From: Octopus bimaculoides | Lineage: Eukaryota | Assembly: GCF_001194135.2 (NCBI RefSeq) | Contig: NC_068992.1 | Location: 46,197,339-46,261,338 of the forward strand | Length of the DNA: 64,000 nucleotides | Reading direction: 5' to 3' | Shown here: in pieces, positions 51,880 through 64,000 of the stretch | Position numbering within the stretch: position 1 is the stretch's first letter | Layout of the letters: each line of letters begins with the position of its first letter | The notes under the pieces: model-generated | The model's input: the letters and a program-made list of their open reading frames with translations, nothing else | Databases searched by the model: none | What the model was told of the DNA's origin: nothing | Translations under genes and position numbers: made by a program

Positions 51880-52045
51880 GTAAAAATGTACCTAGTACAC
51901 TCTGTAAAGTGGTTGGCATGAGAAAGGGCATCCATTTGTAGAAACCATGCCAAAGCTGACATTTGGAGTTTGACATGGTTCTCTGGTTTGCCAACACTTA
52001 TTAAACTATCCAACCCATACCAGCATGGGAAAACAGATGATAAAT
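51880..52045 (+). mobile_element. RTE-LINE 3' tail copy
   Basis: tacactctgtaaagtggttggcatgagaaagggcatcc...ccaacccataccagcatgg. Confidence 0.7.
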
Positions 52046-52475
52046 GATCTCACACACACTCAAACACAATCTGATATGTATTAAGTTCAACTGCACATGT
52101 TCTCTTTTGTTTCTGGGTATCATATCCTTGTCATACATTTGATGAAGTGGAGGAAAACAAAAAAGTAAAAAAAAAAAATAAATGATAGCCATTCACCCAT
52201 TGATGGATAGTTGTGATGGATTGTGACATGCTATGTAATTGCCTGTTTATTGGATGAAGAGGAAAACAAAATTGTATCAAAGTGGTTGCAGCAGAAATAA
52301 TAGTGAGAAGGAGGGTGAGAATGTGTACGTCAATGAGAAATAGCATGTGTGCATGTGCCCAAGCGTGTATGCATGTGAGAGAGATGAGGAAGTAGAAGAA
52401 GAGGGAAAAGAGGAGACAAGAATCTATTTTATTTGAATTTTGTTTTTTCTCTTTTTGTCCGTTATCCACTCTTTG

Positions 52476-52519
52476 CTATTTTGTTTTCGTTTCATAAAGC
52501 TCGCTAAAGAGCTGCACTT
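52476..52519 (-). CDS. Candidate terminal exon (R-SAAL* in phase 2, or E-VQLFSELYETKTK* in phase 1)
   Basis: Very strong acceptor tttgttttgtttatttgtttattatcttgcag; AATAAA lies about 45 nt downstream of the later stop on the minus strand. Confidence 0.25.
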
Positions 52520-52862
52520 CTGCAAGATAATAAACAAATAAACAAAACAAAAAAGAAAAAAACATTAACAAAATCAAACAATAAAAACAATTTAAATAAA
52601 AAAAGAAATGAATAAATAAAATTGGAAAATAAAAATAAGTTTAAAAAAAAATATTTTTAAAAAATCAGAAAAAGAAACGAAAAAAGAATCTAAGAGAATC
52701 GCAACAGATAAGCGGTTATTTAGTTTCGGTACAAAAATACAACATCAAACATCGACGTGCGTTAGTGTCGCGCAGAAGATAATGCAGAATCAATAACAAG
52801 ACGGGAAAAGAAAGCACCACATTAAACTAAAGCCAAAACCATTTTATCAGGGAATTTTTCAC

Positions 52863-52928
52863 CTACTAATAGACTCCATCCAGAGCTGCTTAGTATCATC
52901 AGCATCATCATCATCATCATCATCATGT
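52863..52928 (-). CDS. Candidate exon (HDDDDDDDADDTKQLWMESIS-R)
   Basis: Acceptor aactttactgcag, donor TAG|gtgaaa; phase 2 is compatible with the acceptor at 52519. Partly a (GAT)n tract, so it may be chance. Confidence 0.2.
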
Positions 52929-53020
52929 CTGCAGTAAAGTTATCTTCAGTAGGGTAGCTATATACGTACATATGTGCGTATGTATGTATGTGTGTGTGTA
53001 TGTCTCTGTGTGCGTGTGTT

Positions 53021-53061
<41 letters not shown>

Positions 53062-53407
53062 CTATCTCNNNNNNNNNNNNNNNNNNNNNNNNNNNNNNNN
53101 NNNNNNNNNNNNNNNNNNNNNNNNNNNNNNNNNNNNNNNNNNNNNNNNNNNNNNNNNNNNNNNNNNNNNNNNNNNNNNNNNNNNNNNNNNNNNNNNNNNN
53201 NNNNNNNNNNNNNNNNNNNNNNNNNNNNNNNNNNNNNNNNNNNNNNNNNNNNNNNNNNNNNNNNNNNNNNNNNNNNNNNNNNNNNNNNNNNNNNNNNNNN
53301 NNNNNNNNNNNNNNNNNNNNNNNNNNNNNNNNNNNNNNNNNNNNNNNNNNNNNNNNNNNNNNNNNNNNNNNNNNNNNNNNNNNNNNNNNNNNNNNNNNNN
53401 NNNNNNN

Positions 53408-53468
<61 letters not shown>

Positions 53469-53837
53469 GTTTGCTTTTTTCTTTTGCTTTTGGTTTGTTC
53501 TTTTCATTCTTTGCCTTGTTTTTGATTTTATGCTTTTAGCTGGTTGCTTTTCTTCCACGTTTTTTTTTTGTTGTAAAAATTAGTTTTTAAATAATTTTCT
53601 GTTTTTTTTAGTTTTTGTTAATGTCGTCTAAATTAACTGTGTCTTAATTAACTGCATTTACCATTTCTGCTGGTCTATACAACTGAGTTCTGACCTAATT
53701 AACTCCTGCTAACAGACATTGTTCTCCAGACACTTTATGTGTAGGTTGATGCAATGTTGTATGGCAGATCAACAGAGTGGGGAAGTGGGAAGAGCAGTGA
53801 GGATTCGTGCAGTTATTCTAAATGGGAAGATTAATAG

Positions 53838-53900
<63 letters not shown>

Positions 53901-53950
53901 TAAGTGTATGATCCTAGTCTGATATACAGTACCGATGTATGTGTGTGTTA

Positions 53951-54002
<52 letters not shown>

Positions 54003-54874
54003 NNNNNNNNNNNNNNNNNNNNNNNNNNNNNNNNNNNNNNNNNNNNNNNNNNNNNNNNNNNNNNNNNNNNNNNNNNNNNNNNNNNNNNNNNNNNNNNNNN
54101 NNNNNNNNNNNNNNNNNNNNNNNNNNNNNNNNNNNNNNNNNNNNNNNNNNNNNNNNNNNNNNNNNNNNNNNNNNNNNNNNNNNNNNNNNNNNNNNNNNNN
54201 NNNNNNNNNNNNNNNNNNNNNNNNNNNNNNNNNNNNNNNNNNNNNNNNNNNNNNNNNNNNNNNNNNNNNNNNNNNNNNNNNNNNNNNNNNNNNNNNNNNN
54301 NNNNNNNNNNNNNNNNNNNNNNNNNNNNNNNNNNNNNNNNNNNNNNNNNNNNNNNNNNNNNNNNNNNNNNNNNNNNNNNNNNNNNNNNNNNNNTATATAT
54401 ATATATATATGCCATGCCACTGTGCATATGGTGCCACAGAGAGCATATATGTATATATGGTATCAGAGTGTACGTACAGTGTCATGCTATATTGTGACAC
54501 TATATGAGTCACTATATGTCTGAGGGGGTACCTAAAAGAAACTGGAATTTTGCAATATAATTTAATTCAGTTAGTTTTACATGCTTACTCTTATCACCTT
54601 CAAAGTATTCTCCATTTTGAAGCAATGCAAGTACATGAGTGAGCATATGGTCACCAGATGTAGATGGTAGGCCAAAGGTCATGCAAAATATAAGTTGAAT
54701 ACGCTCCAGAATTTTCAAAGACAAGTTTCAATGTTTCTAAAATTGAATAAAATAATTAGAATAATGATGAATACACATGTACTTGTATATGATGAACAAA
54801 ATGAATTATAATAAAGATAAGATTCAAATGTTCTGGAGTGGGATTTTTGGCCCAGCCTGTATATGTTCACACAT

Positions 54875-55350
54875 CATCATCATCTTCATCTTTCAACGTC
54901 TGTTTTCCATTATGGTATGGGCTGGACAGTTTGACAGAGGCTGACCAGCTGAAGAGCTGTCCGGCATGGTTTCTACTGCTGGATGCCCTTCCTAATGACA
55001 ACAACTTTACAGAGTGTACTGGGTGCGTTTATACAGCACCAGTACAGGTGCTTTTTATGTGGCACCAGCACTTACAAGTTCACAAGAATAAGGATGCTGA
55101 GCTGGAGAAGGCTGCAAAGGATGAGCCAATATGCAAGGGCAACCATGCTTTTACTAAATTTGATGTTTCTTTTCAAGCACAGCAAACCACCGGGTGTCTT
55201 AGTCCCTTGTCATCTCCCCTGTGAGTCCCAACGTCTGTAGATCCTTTGTCACCACTTTGTTCCATGTATTCCTGGATCAACCCCTTCCATATGTTCCTTC
55301 TACAATGAGTGCATAAAACAATTCTATGAATTTGCAAAATGCACAATATG
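54875..55350 (-). mobile_element. RTE-LINE 3' end: ORF C-terminus contiguous with the common 3' tail
   Basis: The minus strand reads ..IVEGTYGRG*SRNTWNKVVTKDLQTLGLTGEMTRD*D..FAVLEK, then the tail ...ttaggaagggcatccagc...ccataccataatggaaaacagacgttgaaagatgaagatgatgat. Confidence 0.85.
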
Positions 55351-55419
55351 CATTCTAGCTGGAAACGGGTTTCTGTGATGTGCATAACCTGCAAGTAAAT
55401 CTGCAAGATATCTTTTATA

Positions 55420-55574
55420 TTTTACTTGTTTCAGTCCTTAGATTGTGGCCTCACTGGTGCACCACCAGTACTTATTTTTATAAGCCTGGTACTTATTCTA
55501 TTGGTCACTTTTGCCAAACAGCTAAGTTACAGAGATTTTAAACACACCAGCACTGGTTGTCAAGCTGTGGTGGG

Positions 55575-55620
<46 letters not shown>

Positions 55621-55870
55621 ACACACACACACATACACACACACACGCACACGTACAAACACACGCACACACATGACTGGCTTCTTTTAGTTTCTTATTT
55701 CTTTATTGCCTACAAGGGGCTAAACATAGAGGGGACAAACAAAGACAGACAAAGGGATTAAGTCGATTACATTGACCCCAGTGCATAACTGGAACTTAAG
55801 TTTTTGACCCCGAAAGGATGAAAGGCAAAGTTTGAACTCAGAACATAGCAGCAGATGAAATACTGCTAAT
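55420..55870 (-). mobile_element. Tandem SINEs: family A 3' portion (55420-55692) plus core-family SINE (55693-55870)
   Basis: Mirrors the 3' half of 5891-6298 including the (CA)n tract, then gtcgattacattgaccccag...cccgaaaggatgaaaggcaaag. Confidence 0.8.
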
Positions 55871-57000
55871 GTTTGTGATATGCCCCAAATATAATATCAG
55901 GAGATATTGATTGCAAATGTAATTGAGAGTAACAATGGCATGAGAAAATGTTTACTGAAATGATGTCAGGTTGAAACTAATGATAGGAAAGTTTACTGTT
56001 GCTTAACCCCAGGTCAGCTCTAACCAAGCAGACATATTCAAAACCATTCCAGCTATGACCTTATCTTCTTTTTCCTATATGCAATCTTGTGCTCTTTTCA
56101 AGGGCAATAAAATATGATTTGAGGGAGATTCAGCTGCTATTTCATGCAAGTTGAATCACCCTGTACAGGCTCGCTTGTTGGATCATAAGAGAGCTGTGTT
56201 AATAAGGTGAATTTAGACCTCATAATATAAAAATAAATGTTTTCTTTTCTGAGCCAAACTACGAAGAGTATGTTGCATGCGAGAAGTGTCAATGGTTTTA
56301 TTGAACCAAGTGACAATAAAAGACAAGGAAGAAATAATGATGTTAATACAAAAGTGCATTTCCTGTAGAAATGCAATGGAAAACACCAATCAGCAGATGA
56401 AGATGCACAAACAGCAAAGGTTACTGAAATGCTTCATTAGTTTGGATCTGACAAGTTATTTACATAATCTCTTAAGAGGAGAAAATACATCTTATGAATC
56501 ATATAACCAACATGCATTGTGCTTGATTAAATTCAATTTTATCCGCTCATGGTCTCAGATGGTTTGTTGCAATGCCATTTTAAGAAACAGAGGGCAGTGA
56601 GGTGTTAAATGGGTCACTTTAGTTGAAGCATCAATGGTAATAGGAATATAGCTACTGAAATAGTTACAGAGTTGACGAGACAATTCTGTGATCAGATTTG
56701 GTAATTTGAAGTCAACTGTCTGCTAATGTTTGAATTATCATCATCATCATTGCTTTAATGTCCACTTTTTCATGCTCAAATGGGTTGGAAGGAATTAGAT
56801 GCTTCCAAGTAAGGTAATATTTCCCCATGACATGTTTACACAGAAGACTGGAAAGGAAGGACATTGCTTGCATAACAGTGATAAGTGCTTACAGCTATAA
56901 TGAGAGTGTCAAAAAGACAGTTGTACACATGTATACACATGCATACACACACGCACACGCACACACACACACGTACACACACACATGCACACGCACACAA

Positions 57001-57150
57001 TGGCCTTCTTTCGGTTTCCAGTTAACAAATCTGCTCACAATGCTTTGGTAGGCCAGGGGCTGCAGAAGACACTTACCCAATGTGACACGCAGTGAGATTG
57101 AACCCAGGTCTGTGTAGCTTGGAAGTAAACTTCTTACCTCACAGCCATAC
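57001..57150 (-). mobile_element. tRNA-derived SINE head (family A)
   Basis: cagaagacacttacccaatgtgacacgcagtgagattgaacccagg...cttcttacctcacagccatac. Confidence 0.8.
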
Positions 57151-57589
57151 AAGCATCAAGTTTAACAGCTACATTAAACTTACAATATCTCATCTCTAAA
57201 ATACAATATCCTTTTGAATTGTTTTAACGTATTGTGTTTTTACATTCTGTCATGGAATGGAAGGGGCTACCATTCAGCATATCAGAAATGGCTTTCATGA
57301 TATCTTGTAAAAGACTAAGAAACTGGAGGCCTATGTCATTATCCATTTCCATTCTCACAAACAGATATCCACTAATATCAAACTGTAACTCACTACATTT
57401 GATTTACATCCATCTCTATACATTCCTTCTGTAGCCACACTTCATAAACATCAAGAGATTCCTTACACATGAATTATAATCTTTTTTTTTCACAGCGAAA
57501 TACCTTTCTTGCCAAGAACAAGGAAGTTTCTATGTGGGCAACTTACTTGCTAGAAAAAGCAACCAAATCTCCTTTAGTTCACACTTTCC

Positions 57590-57792
57590 CATCACAAATA
57601 CAGACAGGATATATACATAAAATCCATAAGAATTCCCGGATCACTACTAAAATTTCATGTGTTTCTTGTGCCATTACCAACGTTTTCTGCATGTTTCATC
57701 AAATACCATTTTTGAGTTATTTTGCACACAGACGGACAGACGGACAAACCAACGCTGAGGAAAACATAACCTCCTTGCTTGGCGAAGGTAAT
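57590..57792 (-). mobile_element. Non-autonomous DINE-1/HINE-like (Helentron-associated) element
   Basis: Terminal hairpin ACCTCC ttgcttggc GAAGGT (57769-57789) next to aaaacata and a (GTCY)n tract (cagacggacagacggac). The inner boundary is uncertain. Confidence 0.5.
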
Positions 57793-58030
57793 TAATGTGC
57801 AAGTAACTGAGAACTCCACAGATATATTTGTGGAGTGCTCAAGGAGATTCAACATAACACAAAATGTGACAAGGCTGCTCCTTTGAATTACAGGTACAAC
57901 TCATTATTGCCAGCTGAATGGACTGTAGCAATGGGAAATAAAGTGTCTTGCTCAAGGACACAAGGTACTATCAGGAATGGAACTCACAAAGTTATGCTCA
58001 TGAACTGAACACCCTAAGCACTAAGCCACG
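57793..58030 (-). mobile_element. Degenerate tRNA-derived SINE related to family D
   Basis: aatgtgcaagtaactgagaactccacag...gtgacaaggctgctcctttgaattacaggtacaac is shared with 50900-51020; ends caccctaagcactaagccacgtgcct. Confidence 0.65.
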
Positions 58031-60523
58031 TGCCTTCATTTCATTTAGTTAGAAAAATTCCCTTGAATAACCAGCTCCAGAATTATGTTAGTGGCTGAGT
58101 ATTCCATAGACAATTATGTAGTTCTTCAGCAGAATCAGCATAATAGTGAGTGGCAAGGCTGGACTTTTTGAATTGTAGCAACAATCCAGCCAATAGGCTT
58201 CTATACAATTTTCCTTTACCCAATTTCACTCAGAGGTTATGGGTCAACTCAGGGTTACAAGAAAATGACATTTACCGGAAATGCCATGGAGTGGGATCAA
58301 ACTCAGGACCCCATGGTTGTTAAGTGAATTTCTTAATTATTGGACCACATGACACCTAGTTGGTGTATGCAGACGGTAACTGTAAATGTAACAGAACATA
58401 TGCGAATGACTCAGATAAAAATTAGTACAAGTGGAAAACTGGGAAAAACGTTATATTTAATTAAAACAAGTCTCATAATTTACAATTCTTAATTAAAATT
58501 TCTTAAAGTTGAAATTAATTACTTTTGATTACAAAGTTAAATGAAAGAACAGTAAAATGCTATTTTTTAAAGATTAATGCTTTTTCATTGTGCCATTTTT
58601 TCCCCAATTTTTCACTTCTGCACTTATTATCTCTGCCATGTTAACTATACCAAATTTACCTAGATTTATAGGTAGGCATCCAACAACTGGTTAATGGCTT
58701 CTTTAAACAGCTGTAACATTTGCAATTTATGAATATTACTAGGAGATAGAGGGTTTCAATTTCTGCTCAAGGAAAACTTGGTTGGGTCCTGTCCAAGGGA
58801 AATTTTACCTCTCATTAGGTAACAGCATCAGAAATTAGAGTTGGTCAAGTAATTAGCTAATGTTTTAATTGCTTCATCTATAGGATTGATAGAGATGTAA
58901 CTTTTATATGTGACCACATAAATAGTAATATCAGTTGAAAATTGAAAAGCAATTGAAGTAATAAGTACTAGCAAAATATAAGTTTGAGAGTTGATTACAA
59001 CTTGATAAACTGTTCAAAATAGATTGTATCAAAACAACATGCAATCTTCCATTTCTATGTTTTACTGAAGGAGAACTTTTTAAGAGTTGTTCACTCTGGT
59101 AAAGAAATCTCTGTCTCCCTGAAAGAATCAAAATTCCTGTTAGTACACTGAGAAGTAGCAGTTCATTAGAAGCAAAGAAGAATAGCAATAAATGTCTCCA
59201 CTAAACTGTAGAAACCCTAACCATTATAATGCAATGGTAAGGAGGTTTATTATCGGATAAGATCATTTGGTACGCTAACATTACATATTTTCAGTTGTTT
59301 CATGAGCAGATAAATAGAAATCAGTTAAAAGATCAATAAATTTAAAAGATAGCTTCTTAAATGTTAAATCAATTTTCATATCAAATGACGATTTCTAAGG
59401 ATAAAAATCTTGAAGGAGTTCTGCATGATGAACACAAAAAGAGCATGCAGGTATATCTTTGTCATGATAGTTGTTGAAATGCCAAGATCAGTTATTGGTG
59501 CTCTGAAGAGCAAGCAATTTTGGTGTTGATGGAATATGTCTCTCAGAAATCTCTTCTCCGTTTTTACCCTAATCTAAATTGTGGATAATAAAAAGTTTAT
59601 ATTTGGTGTAATTTCTCTCTTCTAAGTGGAAACCATGCAATTCTTTTATAAATTGTTCAGCACAATTCAATACCTGCACTGGACTTGTGTCTGTATGCTC
59701 ACAATGCAGAATAAACATTCAGCCAAGCGGATTAATGCCTTGTCAAGAGCTAATGGCAATTTTCTGAATGGTAATGAACTAGGAGTACCAATAACACAGA
59801 ACAAGTGCTGATATTTGTCAGGTCCATAGACTGATTAGAATTATATGGACTTATTTTCTCCTGTCAATTAAACCCCTGAAGATTTCCAAAACACATGGAG
59901 GTCAACAGGATCACTGCCTCAGTTCTGCTTCTGGATGGTTTATCTTGTATTAATTGTAAAAGATGGGATGGTATGATTTTATGTGTTTGGGTGCCTCTTC
60001 CAAAGTCCTGATTCTTTACAACTGAATATATTTCTAAATATTCAATGTTATCTGCCAGTTATATTTTCCAACCAATTGAAATGACTGATGTTGGGGGTCC
60101 TTTAATAATTGTCTTTGACTTGAGTTGAAAATTTATTGAGGAGAAAAGGGGAATAGCATGAGGGCACTTAGTTTCATGAAAGACTCTCAGTAAATATTGT
60201 ATAAAGCAACGACACTTGTGTTCTTTCTTGTCTTTACTTGTATATTGTCAATAAACAAGTTCTTTTGACACGTCTATACTTATATTTTATACAAACTGTC
60301 AGTATGGAATTACCAATGGTAATGTTAGTCATGGTGAATAATTCACCGATCTCACATTTTATTTAGTGCTTAAGTTGAAGTAATGTAAGATTTATATCAG
60401 CAAATAGGAAAAATAAATGTAAAAGAGAATTATTTAGGAAGATATCTATATATCTTAATTCTATAACCACTGTAATGAATTTTATTGTAATGTTCCATAT
60501 ATTTGTTTTATTAGATGAAGAAG

Positions 60524-60527
<4 letters not shown>

Positions 60528-60596
<69 letters not shown>

Positions 60597-60600
60597 GAGA
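60528..60600. repeat. (AG)n microsatellite
   Basis: Direct reading of the sequence. Confidence 0.95.
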
Positions 60601-60834
60601 GGGAAGGAAACCACATACTGCTGACTAATGTTTGGTTTTTCTATAATAAACATTAATTAGTAATGTGTCAAGTCACATTTATTACAATTAATATTACATG
60701 CCAAACAACTCAGAGAAGAGTCAAGAATGGCCATTCAACATGCTAGAAATAGCAACCAAACATATCACAAATTATAAATGTACCATCGTAAAAGCAGAAA
60801 GGATACATTACACATTTTACTCTTAGATACCTCT

Positions 60835-61050
60835 AAGGAGGCAGTGAACTAGCAGAATGGTAAGCACACTCGTCATAATGCTTAGTGGCATTTCATCCAT
60901 CTTTATATTCTGAGATCAAATTCCATTGAGGTCAACTTTACCTTCCATCATTTCAGGGTCAATAAAATAAGTACCAGTTGGACACTGGGGTTAATTTAAT
61001 TGACTTAGCCCCTCCCTTGAAATTGCTGGCCTTGTGCCAAAAATTGAGAC
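60835..61050 (+). mobile_element. Core-family SINE with tRNA-like head
   Basis: ggaggcagtgaactagcagaatggtaagcac...ttctgagatcaaattcc...gggtcaataaaataagtaccagttggacactgggg. Confidence 0.7.
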
Positions 61051-62599
61051 CAAACTTAGTTATCTCTTAAAAGACAAAATGGTAACTTGCAGGATTACCA
61101 ATGGTCATCTCTGTTCAAGTAAGGATTGACCTGAGGTTAAACATTATGAACAGAGCGAGAGATGACCAAAATATTCCATAAATGGTAAATGATGCAATCA
61201 AGCATTGACAATCACTTGCACGCTTTTTCACTGCTTCCCACAAAAGACCAATATTCAACTACTTCAGCTCAAATTAAGGAAATTTCTACCTCTGTGTTTG
61301 AAGATCTTTTTATATTTGCTAACTTGAATATTGATGACAACATGTATCTGATATAGGCAAAGATACCTAGTGATACCCAGGAAAGGAAGTGGTTTGAAGG
61401 AGAACTGGCTGTTTATTTACATATATACATATATGTCAAACACATTGTGGTTTTCATTGCTGGTTCATTTCTGAGAGGGATCAGGCTGCTATGACTATGA
61501 GGTTGAGATATCGCATAAAGATTCTTACAGAATAGTACTGAAGGATGACTTAAAATATTTCTAGCTGGTCAGAGTGCCATGTGGAGATCTCCACTGTTGA
61601 TTCATACTTACAGAAGACATGAAACAGTTAAGATAGATCTGACTGCTATTTCTTACAGGTGTAGTTGCCACACAGTGGTTTGCCTAGTTGACTGGTCCAT
61701 CAGTCAGTCTGTCTATTAAGTCAGCTGAACATCCATCACTTTCATTGGTTTATCCAAGAATTACACAAACCAATCAGTAGCTGAATGTCTCAGTATGGAA
61801 TTCAACATAATTATTTTATCCCTTTTATAAGTTTTACAAAAGTACTAAAGTTTAAACTCAAACACTTTTTCAGAAAGTAATTTGATATTTTTCTTTACCA
61901 TTGAAATTTAACAATAAAACTATTTCAATAACAGTAAAATAATTTTCAAGAATTTAGTAAAATTATTCAACATTTTATGAAAGTATGGAGATGATGCTCA
62001 TCTTTCTTCTAACCAAATCATTGAAAGTCACTAAATTTGCAAACTTTTTTCTATATTTTGCTAATTGGTTAAATTGAGACATTAAAGAAATTGCCAATTA
62101 TAGTTTACTGTAATTGATAAGTTTCATTAAAACTTGACTGGAACAGAACATGTACATTATTTTGTGAAATTAATTATATTTGTTGAAATTTGATTAATAG
62201 GGATGCAAAATGTTATATTCATAAATCACATTGTATTGATGTAGCAATGTGTTGCATTTTAAATAAGGCCTCCAAACATAATAAAATATAGTGATTTAAA
62301 TATTTAAAACTAAAATGCTAAATATAGTAACTTATAACTGAAGAATATACTCTTTTTACTTGTCTCAGTTATTGAACTGCGGCTATGCTGGAGCACTGCT
62401 CTGTAAGTTTAGTGGGAAAAAATTGACCCTAGTATCTAACTTTATGTTTTAAAAACTGATTGTTATTCTATCACTCCATTTTGATTACTCACTAAGTTAT
62501 AAGGGGTATCAACAAATCAATACTGGTTGTGTAGATTGGGCAGGGCAAACACACAAGACAACTAAATATGGAGTATCTTCCCACGTTGTACATTCGTCA

Positions 62600-63330
62600 A
62601 GAAATGTGAGATCTCAGAGGAAAAACACACACACACAGAGTACGGATAAAATTGTGTTTAATGGTGTAATGTAATAGGTATATACAATAAGCGCACAGGT
62701 TTGTTTAGAATCAAAACTTCAACTTGAACTGTGACTGAAACAAAACAGTGCTGTACCTTCCTATCAAGGAATGACTGTATGTGGTCAAGCCTTCGGGAGG
62801 AGGGATTTCAACATCGATGGGTAGAAAACCACAATGTCGAAGTGGGTGAAACTACACACACTATATCAACACACACAGGTACATACACGCATACATACAC
62901 CAGGGAGCGAATGTTGCCAAAACACAAACGCTCATATAAACACAGAAATTCACATGCACAGCACACACACACGCTCACACACGTGTAGCAGATGCACATT
63001 CGCAGACGTACGCACAGCAGATATGCTCGCTCGCACCCGTACCAGATTAACACATCCATATATCAGAAATACGCACGCACACTCCAGTAAGCTGATCCCG
63101 TCTCCCTAGACAATGCATCGCTTGTAACATCCTGTCCTATCACTCGAGCTCAGGAATTCTGAATGGTATCTAATGTCGCTATCAAATTGGCAACACTATG
63201 TGACCTGCGTCGATCGACCCAGTACCCAGAACCAATCTTGCTCTCCCTTTAAATCGCTTTCACGTGCCTGAAGAGCTAGGTTCGTTTGACTAGCCTATGA
63301 AACTTTAAGCTGCATAGAGCTGAATCAAAC
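62600..63330 (+). mobile_element. CpG-rich segment ending in a hammerhead-like motif; possible Penelope-type pseudo-LTR
   Basis: Many CpGs plus a CA-rich tract, then gtgc-CTGAAGA-gctagg...cctat-GAAAC-tttaa-gct-gcat at 63264-63315. Confidence 0.3.
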
Positions 63331-63699
63331 TATTATTAAATACCATACACACACAAGTCTATCTGTCTGTCTGTATGTATGTATGTGTATGTACTCACTG
63401 TGTTAATGTTACTGAAGCTATCTTACAAAAAATAATTATGCTTCTGAATGATATTGAATAAAGCCATTTCCATCTTCTTCTTAACATTATATTACGTAAT
63501 TCTATTCATGAATATATATTTAGTTTTGAGCTGAAATATGAATAATTGTGTATAAAAATTCAAATTTATCTTTGCGCTGAAACCTAAATAATTTTGTATA
63601 TAAATACACATTTATCATTGATTTAAAATTTAAATAATCCTCTCTTTATGAATATGTATTTCTTACAGCTCTAAAATTTCAATAACTTTTCATGTCACA

Positions 63700-63710
63700 A
63701 TATATATATA

Positions 63711-63761
<51 letters not shown>

Positions 63762-63808
63762 CCTTGTTTTTTTCTTACTGCGTGTATAGATAGATAGACA
63801 GATGGATG

Positions 63809-63882
<74 letters not shown>

Positions 63883-63905
63883 AAGAAAGATAGATAGATA
63901 GTCAT
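63700..63905. repeat. (AT)n and (GATA)n microsatellites
   Basis: Direct reading of the sequence. Confidence 0.95.
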
Positions 63906-64000
63906 GCACACACAATATGTGTATGTGTGTATGGTATTAAAAATATAACAAAAGTATGTGTAATACATATATACATAGATATAGGTATGCATAAACACGC

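Noticed and set aside
54520-54720. Mariner-like terminal sequence (gagggggtacctaaaag...ccttcaaagtattctcc)
   Set aside because: No matching second terminus or coding motif was found; too weak to call.
56277-56600. 107-aa + ORF
   Set aside because: No domain motif, non-ATG start per the sequence, and no supporting splice pattern; consistent with a chance ORF.
59401-59451. Candidate + exon DKNLEGVLHDEHKKSMQ
   Set aside because: Isolated, with only moderate splice sites; indistinguishable from the many chance pseudo-exons in this AT-rich DNA.
4603-63998. Dozens of YIYI/THTH/CVCV/LSLS and poly-X ORFs, including the 409-aa and 326-aa ORFs near 33-34 kb
   Set aside because: They are translations of dinucleotide microsatellites or N gaps.
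1-64000. CRISPR arrays, TnpB/Fanzor-type ORFs, rRNA and telomeric arrays
   Set aside because: None seen: there are no spacer-interspersed repeats, no long intact ORF, no rRNA-like sequence and no (TTAGGG)n tract.

Overview
AT-rich eukaryotic genomic DNA from a fragmented draft assembly, with nine N-gaps, each flanked by microsatellite. The repeat content points to an octopus or other coleoid cephalopod; this is inferred from recalled repeat families, not from a database hit. That content is dense (AT)n/(CA)n/(ATT)n/(CAT)n microsatellites, several tRNA-derived SINE families and RTE-type LINE tails ending in (GAT)n. There is no intact long ORF: nearly all ORFs in the track are microsatellite or N-gap artefacts. 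Recognisable coding remnants all come from transposons: pogo/Tigger (~1.0-1.7 kb), RTE reverse transcriptase (13.0, 15.4-16.1, 26.3, 51.5 and 55.2 kb), mariner (18.6-19.1 kb), two copies of one R4/Dong-like REL-endonuclease LINE (19.6-20.1 and 44.1-44.9 kb), a Helitron with an intact 3' end (21.0-21.8 kb) and a Penelope-like GIY-YIG element with its pseudo-LTR (32.4-34.8 kb). Host-gene evidence is limited to short candidate exons that cannot be assigned to a named gene. The most notable observations are a ~360 bp near-perfect palindrome whose two arms carry complementary halves of a type I hammerhead ribozyme, two further hammerhead-like motifs, three other foldback elements, and a GC-rich 62-bp minisatellite with internal hairpins. 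There are no prokaryotic features, CRISPR arrays, rRNA or true tRNA genes.
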